Positions 38,194-50,469 of a stretch of DNA of 64,000 nt are shown piece by piece. Where the stretch lies: NCBI RefSeq assembly GCF_009914755.1, contig NC_060940.1; one strand, given 5' to 3'. Each line of letters starts with the position of its first letter. Position 1 is the stretch's first letter. This DNA comes from the human T2T-CHM13v2.0 reference genome, Homo sapiens. Below the pieces are notes generated by a model. That model was not told the DNA's origin, did not search any database, and was given only the letters and a program-made list of their open reading frames with translations. Position numbers and translations under genes: made by a program.

Positions 38194-38639
38194 TGCAGTG
38201 GGTTGAATGGTGCCCCCAAAAGATATGTTCAAGCCCTGGAATCTGCATGGGACCTCATTTGGAAACAGGATCTTGGAAGATGTAATTAGGTTAAGGATCT
38301 TGAGATGAGATCATACTGGATTAGGGTGGGCCCTAAATCCAGTTGCACATCGTTATTACAGAAGTAGAAACTGTCACAGACACACAGAGGAGACAGGCAC
38401 GTGATGATGATGGAGGCAGAGATGGGATTGATGCAGCCACAAGCCAAGGAATGCCGAGAGCCACTAAGAACTGGAAAAGGTAGGAAGGAGCTTCCCCTAG
38501 AGCCTCTGGAGGGAGTGCAGCCCCGTGCACAGCTTGATTTCAGACTTGCGGTCTCCAGAAGTGTGAGAGAATAAATGTGTTTGTTTTGAGCCTCTCGTTT
38601 TGTGGTCATTGGCTACCACAGCCCCAGGACACTGACACA
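38194..38639 (+). mobile_element. MLT1C solo LTR, full length
   Basis: Starts tgcagtgggttgaatggtgcccccaaaagatatg; contains gttaaggatcttgagatgagatcatactggatta; ends ggacactgacaca. Confidence 0.9.
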
Positions 38640-40149
38640 ACCACCTGCAGGGCCTCCCCCAAGGGCTGCCACCTACTTCCAAGAAAGGGGAAGTTTCAAC
38701 ACTGCTGAGTGAAGCTGCGGCAGGGGCTGCCTCTACCTGCAATGTCTGTATCACAAGTCCTTCCTCCAAACACATCAAATCCGGCATTCCTCAGAAGCAG
38801 AGATAGTGGAAGGAAGTGGTATCTGACTGACCCAAGGCCTGGAGGGGCTTGCCCAGAGAGGGTCTCTTTAGGCAAATAGGAAAGATTTTACTCAATTGCA
38901 GGTCTCCTGGCATCCACCTTCCCATCTCCCACAGAAGCCCCGTCTGCCTGGCCTAGACACTGAGCCTATGCCAGGGCTCACTTCCCCTGGGGCTAGTGCT
39001 GGCCAGGAGGAGAGCAAGCATGACTCTGGAATCATTCCATCCAGACGGATGAGACCACACTGCCTCCTCCTGCCATGCATCTCTTCCCAGCACCATATGG
39101 CTCTGCTGAGGATTCCACACTCCACACAGACTCACCACCTTCACCCAGGGGCAAAGTCTCTGAGGTCTGGGCCCCGAATCCCATTTGACAGTCACAGACC
39201 CAAGTCTACAGTCTTCGTCTCCATCAAGGAGCAGAAGCAAGGTGGCCCTGTGGCTAAGCAAGTGCTTCCAAGTTCCCCCTGCCTGGGCTGGGACGCAACA
39301 TCTGCTGCAGACAAGAGCGTGAGCTTTGGGGAGGTGTTTAACTCCTAGGAGCTACATTTGCTCATCTGCAGAAGGAAAGAATCATCGCATTTACCCCCGT
39401 GAATGCGGTCAGGGTTAACTGCCATTATGCTTAGCACGGGAGAAGTGCGTGGCAAATGTGATCGTCACTATGAACTTCATTCTGGCTCTGGTCTTCCACA
39501 GCCATGTCCCAGCTGTTTGGCAGCCTCTGGGCCATTTGGACTGAGGACAAAAGGCCTTTGGAAGCTTAGCGGAAGCAGGAAGCAGGAAGTGGGCTGAGAG
39601 GAGAGGCCCAGAGCGGGTCCTGAGCCTGTGCCCTCACTGGAGGGGTTTGGCCCATCCACTGAGCAGGCAGCATGATGTGGCCAAACCCAAGCTGCTGAGG
39701 CAGGAACATCTGGTGCAACATCTGCCTCTAAAGACAGCAGGGAGCCAGGAAGAGCTCAGGGGCCATGGAGCTCTGCTGCATGCCAGGTCCTGCTTCTGCG
39801 GCCCCATTGCTCCTCCATGTATTCATGTCCCTGCCCTTGGAGAATCTTCAGTAGCTTGCTACTGCCCTCAAAGTCAACCCCAGCCCCTGAGCTGTATTTC
39901 AGAGAACTCTGCTCTGCTGACCTCACCAGCTTCCCCCAGCCCCATGCTAACCCATCCCCACCTCACAATCCACAGTCCAGCCAGGCCCACCTGCTCTCAA
40001 CCCAGGTCCAGGTCTGGCCATACATCTCCCTGAGGCCTCTGTAGACTCTTCTGCCCTAGCCCGTCTTTGACTTAGCCTCCAGGTCTTGGCTAAGGTGCCC
40101 CTGCCAAAGAAGGCCTTCCCATTCCCTCTCTGTGTTTCTATAGCTCCAA

Positions 40150-40480
40150 CCTTCATCACCTTGGCAGCTGCAGGGCTCAGTTCAGTGCCTGGTACACAAT
40201 AGGTACTCAGAGAATCAATGGAGTAGGTGGATTTTACTAGATTCAGCAGCAAACATTTTTTAGCACCTCCCATGAGCCAGGCTGGTCTAAGCCCTGCGAT
40301 TTAGAGGACAGCAGAAAAGATAGAAGTCCCTGACCTCTCATTATGGTGAAGAAGGCAATTAGTACAGAAGTAAAAAAAAAAAAATGTTTTAAAGCATGAT
40401 AAGTGCCAAGAAGAAAACAGAAAACTGGGAGGCGACATATGAAATGTTGAGGCCTGGAGAGCTGAAAATTCTAGAGTGAA
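40150..40480. mobile_element. Two L2 3' fragments, tail to tail
   Basis: cagtgcctggtacacaataggtactca (+), then attcagcagcaaacattttttagcacc (-). Confidence 0.65.
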
Positions 40481-40547
40481 CAAAAAGGCCTTGCTAAGGT
40501 GCCCATGAGTATAAACCTCAGCTTGGTTGGGAGTGAGTCATGTGGCT

Positions 40548-41070
40548 AGGTGGAAGGTGGAGTGGATGGATAAATGGATGGGTGGATAGATGGATGGATG
40601 CATGAGTGGAGGTATGGGTGGGTGGATTAATGGATGGGGGAGAGATGGATGCAGGGATGGAGGGAGGGAGGGGCGGGTGGATGGATGGGTAGATGAATGG
40701 ATGGATGGATGGGCAAAAGGATGCGTGAGTGGATGGATGCATGGATGGATGGGCAAATGGATGGGTAAGTGGGTGGGTGGGTGGATGGATGGATAGATGG
40801 ATGGATGGATGGATGGATAGATGAATGGGTGGGTAGATGCATGAGTGGATGGATGGATAGATAAATGGATGGATGAATGGGGATGATGGTTGGGTGGGCG
40901 GGTGGGTGGGTGGGTGTGTGGATGGATGGATGGATGGATAGATGAATGGATGGATGGGTGGGTGGATGGATGAAAGCAAAGACAGATGGTAGATGGATAG
41001 ATGATGAATGGATGGATGATGGCTAGGTAAATGAGTGAGTGAAGAATGAATAAATCAATGAATGAATGAA
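40548..41070 (+). repeat. (TGGA/GGGT)n simple repeat
   Basis: Continuous ggatggatgggt units grading into (TGAA)n. Confidence 0.96.
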
Positions 41071-42149
41071 CAGCCCTATGATATACACAATCTTTTTTCT
41101 CCATTATTATCATGGCTGTTATTCTTTTTTTCTCTCCTCTTGCTATTTGTATTCCATCTGTCCTTTAAGGTCAATTCTGGGTGCCTCATCTAGCGACACT
41201 AGACTGCATCTGTCTCTCCTTGCTGTCAATGCCGAGAACCCTTAGAGGTTGTGCCCCTAGTACAGATGGACTCAACACTAGCATCCTTGGTGTGGGATGA
41301 AGCAAGGGAGCTTCAGGATTTATTCATGAAGATATCTGCAAAACTAATTTTCTGCAGTGAATTCCATTTTGTCTGGTGTATTTGTTATCAGTTTAAATAC
41401 TACTTCTTTCGTAAGGAAGAGGAGAGGTGACTTCAGGATATTAAAACATAAGGACATCGAAAACACATTTAAAAGATCAGTTAATGCAGCATTCTGTTTG
41501 GAGAAAGACCATAATTACAGACCAACAGCAACATAAGCAGGCTGGAAGAGTCCACACTCTCTGCAACGTGCCTTTCTCTTTAGCCCTCGTTCTTGGTTTT
41601 CTTAATTTTCTATAATGCACAGGATGAATTTTAAAGTACAAGAAAAGACATTTATTTTAAGAAAATGCAGAAACTTTAAAGCAACCTATGTAAGGGAAAG
41701 GTGTTAATTTTTGTTGACTTTTGTTGTTGTTGTTTTTAAGCATAAGAATGACTTGACTCTAAATTTTTTAGAATGGGGATGGGACACTTCTCCGACAGAG
41801 AAGCAGCAGAAGGGTGGAGAACCAGGCCTGATCCCAAACAGGCAGGTGCCTCTAGGTGTTTGGAGAGAATCCTACAGATTCACTTCAGGGCTACAGGAAA
41901 CTAAGTGAAGCCATCAGCAACTGGGAAGACCATCATACCACCCAGCATGATAGGGTCCCAGACTATCAGCATTCTAGGCACAAGCAGGCTGGACTTCACG
42001 TGTGAGCCCAAAGCTTCCTCCTGCTCTTACAGTCAGGGGTTTAAGGACAGGTTGGTTGTCTTGGAAACCCAGCCTGCCATCCTCACTTCAGAGCAGCATC
42101 AGCACAGACACTTAAAAAGCTACAGCAGCGAATAGCTTTCTGGAAGGGT

Positions 42150-42560
42150 TCCTAAGGTGGCTACACGTTCCCATCCCATTTAGAAGCAAAGCCTAATTTC
42201 CCTCCCCTTGAGTGTGGGTTGGCCAGAGAGACTTGCTTGGCCAGCAGGAGGCTGCAGGCTCTGAGGCTAGTCCTAAGGCTTGAGGCTTCCCCACAGGCCT
42301 CACTAAACACTTATTAAATCCCTTGGCTGCCATTAACAAGTCCAGCTGGCAGCTGGAGAGACATTGAGACTATGTGGAGGCGGAGGCCAGCTGAGGCCAG
42401 GACTCCCGACTTGTGAGAGATACTGCCCCAGACTCTCCAACCCAGCCCAGCCATCAGCTTGACATCACTGAGTGATCCCAGTTGACCCCACACAGAGCTG
42501 AAGAGTCAGCCAGCTGAGCCCAGCCCCAACTGCTGACAGAGCTTCTGGTGCAGCCCAGAC
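42150..42560 (+). mobile_element. Old MLT1 LTR (G/H-like)
   Basis: tccctccccttgagtgtgggttggcc...cttgcttggcca...ctctgaggctag...ccagctgagcccagcccc. Confidence 0.6.
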
Positions 42561-42676
42561 AAAGGATACAGAAAGTCAACTTGGTACAGGTTTGGCTCCT
42601 TTGATGAGTGTTTTCCTAGCTGCACTTTGGGAGAAAAGAAGGCAGAGCACCCCCATGTGCGGGCACACCCACAGAG

Positions 42677-42967
42677 CAGTGTCTGCAAAACTGCTTTGGC
42701 ACCGCACACAAGCTAAGAACGTTTTTCACAGATCTAAATTATTGCAATAAAATCAAAACAGGAATTTTATTTCATGACGTGTGTAGAGTACATGAAATTT
42801 AAATTTCAGCATCCAGAATACATTTTTGTCTGCACACAGCCAGGCTCGCTTGTTGTCTGTGGCTGCTTAAAACAGCAGAATTGAATAGTCCCAACAGAGA
42901 CCCTATGACTCCACAGCTGAAAATATTTGCTATTGGGCTGTTTACAGAGAAAGGGTGCTGACCCCTG
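42677..42967. mobile_element. MER58B-like hAT-Charlie element
   Basis: aagctaagaacgttttt...catgaaatttaaatttcag...aaaatatttgctattgggctgtttacagagaaag...tgctgacccctg. Confidence 0.75.
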
Positions 42968-43149
42968 CTCTGGAGACAAGTCATTTTGCTGGGGATAAGG
43001 CAGGGAGTGGTTGTTCTAAACACAGTGAAATTGGTAGATTGTCAAGATGCTTCAAATGTACCCAATTAGATGCATACGTTTTTAAAATTCGTCTATAAGA
43101 TCTGTCCTTTAGATTTATTATAATTGTAAACAACTCCTTTTTAATTTTT

Positions 43150-43370
43150 TTTGTTTTTAACAGATGTATTGAGATATAATTAAACAGCATAAAATGTACT
43201 CATTTGAAGCATACAATTCAATGAATGTTAGTATACTTACAGAGTTGCACAGCCAGTGCCACGGTCTAGTTTTAGAACATTTCCATCACAATAAAATAAA
43301 CTTCATGCCTGTTAGCAGTCACACTGCCCACCCCACTCTCAGCCCTGGGCAACCACTGATCTTCACTTCC
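43150..43370 (-). mobile_element. L1MB 3' fragment
   Basis: tattgagatataatt...ttacagagttgcacagcc...gttttagaacatttccatcac...ggcaaccactgatc. Confidence 0.85.
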
Positions 43371-43554
43371 TTTGAGAGTACAATTATGCATTTCTGACAC
43401 ATCTTAAAGAACCTTGTGTCCTAAGTGGGCTTTCCAATTCTCAGCAAGTGATGCTTGGCACCTCTATTCCCACCAATGTCCTTCGCGTATCTGGTTTATA
43501 TACACTCAGAACACCATTTCCTAAACTGTGTTCCATGACCCACCAACCCCATAG

Positions 43555-44064
43555 AGCAGAGATTGCTAGTTTTCCTCTAAAGTCTGTTTCCCCTGCTGTG
43601 GTCAGTGTTAGAGCACTTGACTTTAGCTGGGCACATGACTGTCCAGAAAAAACTACATCCCCCAGCATCCTTTGCAGCTGGGTGTGTCATGTGATTGGAT
43701 TCTGGCCAATGGGAAGTGATGGGTCCAACTCCTGGGAAATATCCTTAAAAGGCAAGGGCTGTGGGGTGTGAATGGACGGGAGGCCAAGAAAGCTGGCTTG
43801 GTCCCACCACCCTTAGCCCTTTCCTGCTGGCAGGAGCACAAATGTGGTGATGATGAGTCATCATCATCACCCACATCAACAAGGCTAACACCGGGGAGAT
43901 GCAGGAGCCTAGGTCTGTGAGTCACCAGGTAGAGAAGACCCCATCAGCCCTGGACCACTGGCATCCAGATGCTTCTGTGAGAAAGAGAGAACTGTCTGTC
44001 TGGTTCAAGCCACTGTTAACCTGAGTCTTTGTCAAGATGCCAGACTTGTATCCTAACTAATACA
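43555..44064 (+). mobile_element. Old MLT1 LTR (J-like)
   Basis: actacatcccccagcatcctttgcagctgggtgtgtcatgtga...ttctggccaatggga; ends atcctaactaataca. Confidence 0.7.
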
Positions 44065-44089
44065 CTCCACGAACAGAATGGAAAACAGA

Positions 44090-44290
44090 ATCCCCTGCTT
44101 GAATTAGTAAATGCTGCCTGTGATATCCGCCACATGTCAATGTGGATTAGTTTATTAAAGGTTCTGAAAAGCTCTGCAGCAAAGAAAGCCGTTAAAGTCC
44201 ATGTGAGCCCACAGTCCCCAAATGTCCATGGCTTTTTTATTTTTTCTTCTCACCTCCTCACAACCCATACAAAACACTTTGGTAACTTCC
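44090..44290. mobile_element. MER103C-like hAT relic
   Basis: attaaaggttctgaaaagctctgcagcaaagaaagc. Confidence 0.55.
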
Positions 44291-44939
44291 AATCTGAAAT
44301 GATAGAGATATTGCACATAAGCAAAAAAGAGAGGGAGAGAATAATCTTTGGACTGATTTTTCATTCAGGGCAAGAGACTGATCTGCTCTGATCCCTGGGG
44401 GATCACATGCCCAGTGTCCTACAGGGAATGGTGGGTTGCAGTCACATGCCCCACCCCAGAATAATAGGGTTGGCAAGAAATACAGTGTTCATCTCCAGCT
44501 CTTACAGGAACAATCTTCCCAAGTACATACAAAGAAAAGGGATGACAAATGTTTTCTTGCTTCCCACAGTTCAGGAACTTTTCCTTAATTATAAGCAAAG
44601 TTTTCTTCATGTGGGGATTTGACTAGACTATTAGAAGGTGTCCCTGCATTCAGCTTTGCAGTGTGTGGTTTATCTGCAGTTATCTCCTTGCATTAAGTTG
44701 CCCAGGGTCACACAGCTACTAAGTTGCTCAGCCTAGATTTGATCACGGTTGTGCTAAAAGTATTTTTTTTTTCTCCTACAAAAGGACTGTGTCCTCAGAG
44801 ACTGACCCCCTTCGTGAGAGGAAGATGTGACTTTAAGACACAGATCAAGGCTGTCAGAGCAGGAGTGACCCGGGCCTCACCTTTAACTGGGGCCAAAGTG
44901 TCTGTCCCAGGGTAGCGAGGTGGTGGAAAGTTCACTGTC

Positions 44940-45115
44940 TGCATCTGGAATCAGACTTCCTGTGCTCAAACCCAACTCCTCAACTTCTGAGAGTGGACTT
45001 GGGCAAATCATTTCACCCGTCTGAGCCTCAGGCTCCTCGTTTGTAAAAACCCAGTAATAATCTGAATCGCATCTCAGGGATGCCGAGAACATTGAAGGCA
45101 ACACGTTCTAGTAAA
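44940..45115 (+). mobile_element. MIR
   Basis: tctggaatcagac...gacttgggcaaatcatttcacccgtctgagcctcag...tgtaaaa. Confidence 0.75.
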
Positions 45116-45232
45116 GCAGGGCATCCGTGTGCTCTGTGGCCTGGCACCTCCACCCCTACCTGCACCCCCACTGACCTGAAGGTGGGTGTCCACCGAAACA
45201 GGTGTCAGAATGCCTAGACAGCATCGTGTATT

Positions 45233-45305
45233 GGCACCCAGACTGGAAACCACCCCACGCCCATCCCTGGGGCACCCAGACCGGAAACCACCCCGCGCCC
45301 ATCCC
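45233..45305 (+). repeat. 38-bp tandem duplication inside an L1 remnant
   Basis: ggcacccagac(t/c)ggaaaccacccc(a/g)cgcccatccc at 45233 and 45271. Confidence 0.88.
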
Positions 45306-45509
45306 CAGGACATGAAGGGGCCAACTGTGTGCAGCTGTACAATAAGAGACCCCACAGTGGGAACGAATGAGATGCTGCTACACACAGCAATGCAGAGGAC
45401 GCTTGCAGCAGTGCGAGTAGGCACGGCCCAGCCCGAGCACCAGCTGTGAGAGCCTCCCACAGACTGCTTGAGGGCAGAGCTCACCTTGGCCCTGGTGTTA
45501 GAAGTTAGA

Positions 45510-45810
45510 GGATGGTCAGCTGGGATGCGGACATGGTCAGCCCAGAATGGTGGGGGTCGGTCAGCCCGGGAAGGGGGAGGTGGTCAGCCCAGGATGAGAG
45601 GGGGAGGTCAGCTGGGGATCGGGGGCGGTGGGGGATCAGTCAGCGATGGGGGTGGTCAGCCCAGTACTGAAGAGGAGGCCAGCCCAGAATTGTGGGGGAG
45701 GTCAGGTGGAGATGAGGGACGCCATCAGCCCAGGATTGGGGGTGCAGTCAGCCCACGATTTGGGGGGGTTCAGCCTGAGATGGGGAGTGGTCAGCCAGGG
45801 ATAGGGGGAG
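45510..45810 (+). repeat. Degenerate G-rich minisatellite, about 20-23-bp ggtcagcccaggatggggg units
   Basis: gtcagc recurs about a dozen times, separated by G runs. Confidence 0.8.
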
Positions 45811-45867
45811 ATCTAAGGGCTGGTCACAATCTCTTTCTTGCTGTGCTTACTATGGAAACAAATAAGG

Positions 45868-46368
45868 ATGTAGATATAGGTATAGATGTAGAGACATACA
45901 GATGTAGGAAGACATTACAGATACAGATGCAGTTAGATGTAGATATAGATATGTACATTAGCTATAGATATAGATATTGATAGACATTGTAGATATAGAT
46001 CTTGATGATAGACATTATATAGATATAGATGATAGACATAGATGCAGATATAAACAGGCAGACATTATAAGTATAGATATAGATGTAGGTATAGACAGCT
46101 GTAGCTACAGATGTAGATGTAGACAGCTGTAGATATAGACATGGACATAGGTGTAGACAGCTGCAGATGCAGATGTCAGTGTAGACAGATGTAGATATAG
46201 ACATTGATATAGATATAGACAGATACAGATATGGACATGGGTGTAGACAGATGTAGACACAGGTGCCAATGTATAGATACAGATGTAGACATAGGTGCTG
46301 ATGTATAGATACAGATGTAGACATAGGTGCCGATGTATAGATACAGATGTAGACGACTGTAGGTGTAG
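45868..46368 (+). repeat. Degenerate (TAGATR/TAGACA)n hexamer repeat
   Basis: tagatatagatgtagacatag periodicity over 500 bp. Confidence 0.92.
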
Positions 46369-47645
46369 AAGAACTCAGTAGAAGTTTCCCTGTAAAGTCC
46401 TCACTCAATTCAGTGCCTGTTTCCAAGAAAGCCAGGTCCCTCCCACCGTGTATTCTTTGTTTGGGGCAATGCTAACACACACACTTTGTATAAAGCAGTA
46501 TCTCTTATGCAAGTGCGAGTGCTGTACTCTGTCTCCCTGAGTCTCCAGCATTGGGGTCTGTTCTCACCGTCCCCATCCTCTCCAGGCTGGGAACCCAGCA
46601 GTCAACACAAGTGGGATCCACCAGCCTCCCTGGGTGGCTTAAGCAAGCAGCTTTCATCTTGCACGCGACCCAGGGCGAGGCAGGAAGGCCCTGGAGGAGC
46701 GTGGTACAGGAGGATCCTACGCTGAGATGAGCAGGCAAGGCATGCACGGGGCTGGGCCTCATGGCCTGAGGCAGACCCCTCTCAAAGCCCAGGGGAGCCC
46801 GAGGCACGGAAAGCCCGGGCCTTCAGGATCTGCTCCCGCAAGAAGGAAGTGGGTTGGAGAGGGAGGCCTGGCAGGCAGGCAAGGCCCTGAAGCATGAGGC
46901 AACTTCTGAAAGCATGAGGCTGTGACTGTAACCATGCAGCAGCCAGGAAGCTGGAGGCCCAGATGTGGGATGTGAGATGAGGGCAGGGCTGGGCTGGGCA
47001 AGACTGTAGAGCCCAGGTGAGCAGCACGGCCATCCTGGGCTTCCCTTAACACGAGGGCTGGGATTGAGCAAGGGATGGGCGGGCTGCTTAGGGACCAGAA
47101 ATGCCCTTGGTTATAGGGTCAAGGGGCCCAGGCTATCCCCCCAGGCCCCGCCCCACCCTTCTCATGGCTCTTTGTATGATCTCTGGGGCTCCATCGAGTG
47201 CTGTGCAAAGCTCTGGGAAAGAGGACCACCGGGGTGGTGCATCCTAATCCGAGGTGCCAACTTGGCTGGGTCATGGTACCCAGATACTTAGTCAAACACA
47301 TCTAGATGTTGCTGTGAAGTTATTGTTTTAGATAAGATGAGCATTTAAATCAGTAGGCTTTCAGAAAAGCAAGTTACCCTCCACAATCTGGGTGGGCTTC
47401 ACCCAATCAGTTGAAGGTCTTAAGAGAAAAGGACCGACCACCTCCAAGGAAGAGAGAATTCTGCCAGCAGACGGCTTTCAGAGTCCACGTACAACAGCAA
47501 CTCTTCCCCAATTCACCAGCCTGCTGGCCTATCTCGAAGATTTTGGACTTGGTAACCTCCACAATCACATCAGCCAATTCCTTTACATAAATGAATAAGC
47601 AAATAAATTTATATTTACATATAGATTTGTATATATCCTATAGAG

Positions 47646-48080
47646 TGTGAACCCCATATATCCGAGACAGGTCTCAGTTAATTTAGAAAGTTTATTTTGC
47701 CCACGTTGAGGACGCGCGTCCATGACACAGCCTCAGGAGGTCCTGACGACATGTACCCAAGGTGGTTGGGGCACAGCCTGGTTTTATACATTTTAGGGAG
47801 ACATGAGACATCAGTCAATATATGTAAGATACATATTGGTTTGGTCTGGAAAGGCAGTGGGAGGGGGCTTCCAGGTCATAGGTGGATGAGAGACAAATGG
47901 TTGCATTCTACTGAGTTTCCAATCAGCCTTTCCAAAGGAGGCAGTCAGATATGTATTTATGTCAGTGAGAAAATGGGTGACTTTTAATAAAATGAGAGGC
48001 AAGTTTGCCCAAAGCAGTTCCCAGCTTGACTTTCCCTTTTAGCTTGGTGATTTTGGGGACCCAAGATTTTTCCTTTCACA
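47646..48080 (-). mobile_element. MER4A/MER4A1 (ERV1) solo LTR
   Basis: tg...ca termini; gagacaggtctcagttaatttagaaagtttatt; cagttcccagcttgacttt; 4-bp TSD agag at 47642-47645 and 48081-48084. Confidence 0.9.
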
Positions 48081-48084
48081 AGAG

Positions 48085-48727
48085 ATAGATAAAAATAACA
48101 GAGTAAGATAGAGATAGATAAAAAGTGGGGGGGGGAGAAAGAGAAACTAATGGATGACAGATGGTGGATGATGGATAGGTAGATAGATGATAGATAGATA
48201 GATAGATAGGTAGATAGATAGATAGTTAGATGATGGATGGGTAGGTAGAAAGAAAAAGGATGGATAGATTGATTTATAGGTAATTGGATGGATGATAGAT
48301 AGATGAATAGATTGATGGATGGGTGGGTAGATGGATGGTTGGATAGAGAGATAGATAACGGATTATGAATAGATAGGTAGGAAGAGAGAAATAGATAGAT
48401 AGAAAGAAATGGTTGGAAAGATTGATGGGTAGTTTGATTGATGGATGGATAGAGAGATGGATAGATTGATGGATGGATGACAGATGGATAGACTGATGGA
48501 TGGATAGATAGATGGATAAATAGATGATAGAGGGATAGATAGAAGATAGATCATAGACGAATAGATTGATAGATGGATGATGGATAGATAGGTGGATACA
48601 TGGATAGATATATAGATAGAAGACTGATGGATAGAAGATAGATGATAGATGGGTAGATAGAAGATAGATAGATACATGCATGGATAGATGGATGTGGGGG
48701 GGGAGAGAGAGAGAGAGAGAGAGAGAG
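48085..48727 (+). repeat. Compound (GATA)n/(GGAT)n repeat ending in (GA)n
   Basis: Direct reading of the sequence. Confidence 0.95.
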
Positions 48728-48833
48728 TGATCCTCCTATTGGTTCCGTTTCTCTGGGGAGCCGTGACTGACACTGTTGTGAAAGCTTCAGGGCATTTGTT
48801 GGAGCTGCAGAAAGAGGCAGAAGAGAAGCTTTA

Positions 48834-49322
48834 TAGCAAGAAGACAACAGTGGGCTTGGGGTGGCTGCAGAGCTGAAACCCCTTGCAAGGTCAGACAAGA
48901 CCTAAGGGGGTGTGCCACCTCGCTGTGACCTCCTGCTACTGGGCAGCAGCTGGCGGCTCACTGTCCAAAGTGACCACTTGCCTGCCGCTGGGTCTGAGGA
49001 CCTGACAGTGCCGGGCACACAGCAGGTGTTCAGTAAGTGTGTTGGCAAGTGGATGACGGTCGCCCTCAGGTCTGAGTCTCCAGGGTGGACCTTGCTGTGC
49101 TTCCCACAGCTCCCACACACTTCTGGGCACACACTGTTACTCAGTGAGTTTTGGTTTTGTGCCCTTTTCTTAGTTTAGGGTTCATCTGGGTAATTCATTT
49201 CTTTGAAATGCATTATAAATATACATATTCATGACAGCAGGGGATTTAACATTATTTATTAATATTATTTAATTTTAGAAGGATCACATGAAAAGCTCTA
49301 ATATTGTTCCTGACACATGGAC
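48834..49322 (+). repeat. Local duplication B, copy 1
   Basis: Collinear with 53956-54442 from tagcaagaagacaacagtggg to tgacacatggac. Confidence 0.97.
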
Positions 49323-49328
49323 ATGATG

Positions 49329-49639
49329 TATTTATTTATTTTTTATTTATTTATTTTTTAGACAGAGTTTCGCTCTGTCACTCAGGCTGGAGTGCAATGG
49401 TATGATCTCACCTGACTGCAACCTCTGCCTCCCAGATTCAAGTGATTCTCCTGCCTCAACCCCCCAAGTAGCTGTGATTATAGGCACCCATCACCAAGCC
49501 CAGCTAATTTTTGCATTTTTAATAGAGACGGGGTTTTGCATGTTGACCAGGCTGGTCTTGAACTCCTTACCTCAAGTGATCCACCCGCCTTGGTGTCCCA
49601 AAATGCTGGGATTACAGGCATGAGCCACTGCTCCTGGCT
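49329..49639 (-). mobile_element. AluS
   Basis: Full dimer with (TTTA)n tail; gttgaccaggctggtcttgaactcc...cctcaagtgatccacccgcc. Confidence 0.92.
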
Positions 49640-49847
49640 TAATCTTTTAAACGTGTTTTCCTTAGAAGTTTCATGGAATGAAATGTCAAATAGCCAAGCA
49701 GTAAAGAGAGCCCCCCTCAAATAAGTTGTTTAAAATCTCTGTACCCGCTAGAAGCAACAGTGTGGATGGACCGCTCATTCGGCTGAGAAAGAAGAGCGCA
49801 TTCTATACAGCCCCGCTACATCCAAGTCAAGAAACCGTGAGGCTGGT

Positions 49848-50123
49848 GGCGGGGCGCAGTGTCTCACGCCTGTAATCCCAGCACTTTGGGAGGTCGAGGC
49901 CGGTGGATCACGAGGTCAGGAGATTGAGACCATCCTGGCTAACACGGTGAAACCCCGTCTCTACTAAAAATACAAAAAAAAATTAGCTGGGCGTGGTGGC
50001 GGGCGCCCGCAGTCCCAGCTACTCAGGAGGCTGAAGCAGGAGAATGGCTTAAACCCAGGAAGCGGAGCTTGCAGTGAGCCAAGATTGCACCACTGCACTC
50101 TAGCCTGGGCAACAGAGCAAGAC
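49848..50123 (+). mobile_element. AluY
   Basis: gatcacgaggtcaggagattgagaccatcctggctaacacggtg, gagaatggc and gcggagcttgcag diagnostics. Confidence 0.92.
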
Positions 50124-50185
50124 GAAAGAAAGGAAAGAAAGAAAGAAGAGAAAGGAAAGGAAGGAAAGAAAGAGAGAAAGAAGGA

Positions 50186-50253
<68 letters not shown>

Positions 50254-50254
50254 A

Positions 50255-50294
<40 letters not shown>

Positions 50295-50433
50295 GAAAGA
50301 AAGAAAGAAAGAAAAAAGGAAGGAAAGAAGGAAGGAGAAAGAAAAAGAAGAAAGAAAGAAAAGGAAAGAAAGGAAAGAAAGGAAGAAAGAAAGAAAAGAA
50401 AGAAAGAAAGAAAAAGAAAGAAAGAAAAAGAAA

Positions 50434-50469
<36 letters not shown>

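Larger units (their letters stand above)
47238..48773 (+). mobile_element. MLT2 (MLT2D-like) solo LTR, split by MER4A and a microsatellite
   Basis: 5' part 47238-47640: caacttggctggg...cccagatacttagtcaaaca...ccaatcagttgaagg...gattttggacttg. 3' end 48731-48773: tcctattggttccgtttctctgg. Confidence 0.85.

Noticed and set aside
40518-41113. HPSI-repeat ORFs (also 48274-48898)
   Set aside because: Translations of (TGGA)n and (GATA)n repeats.
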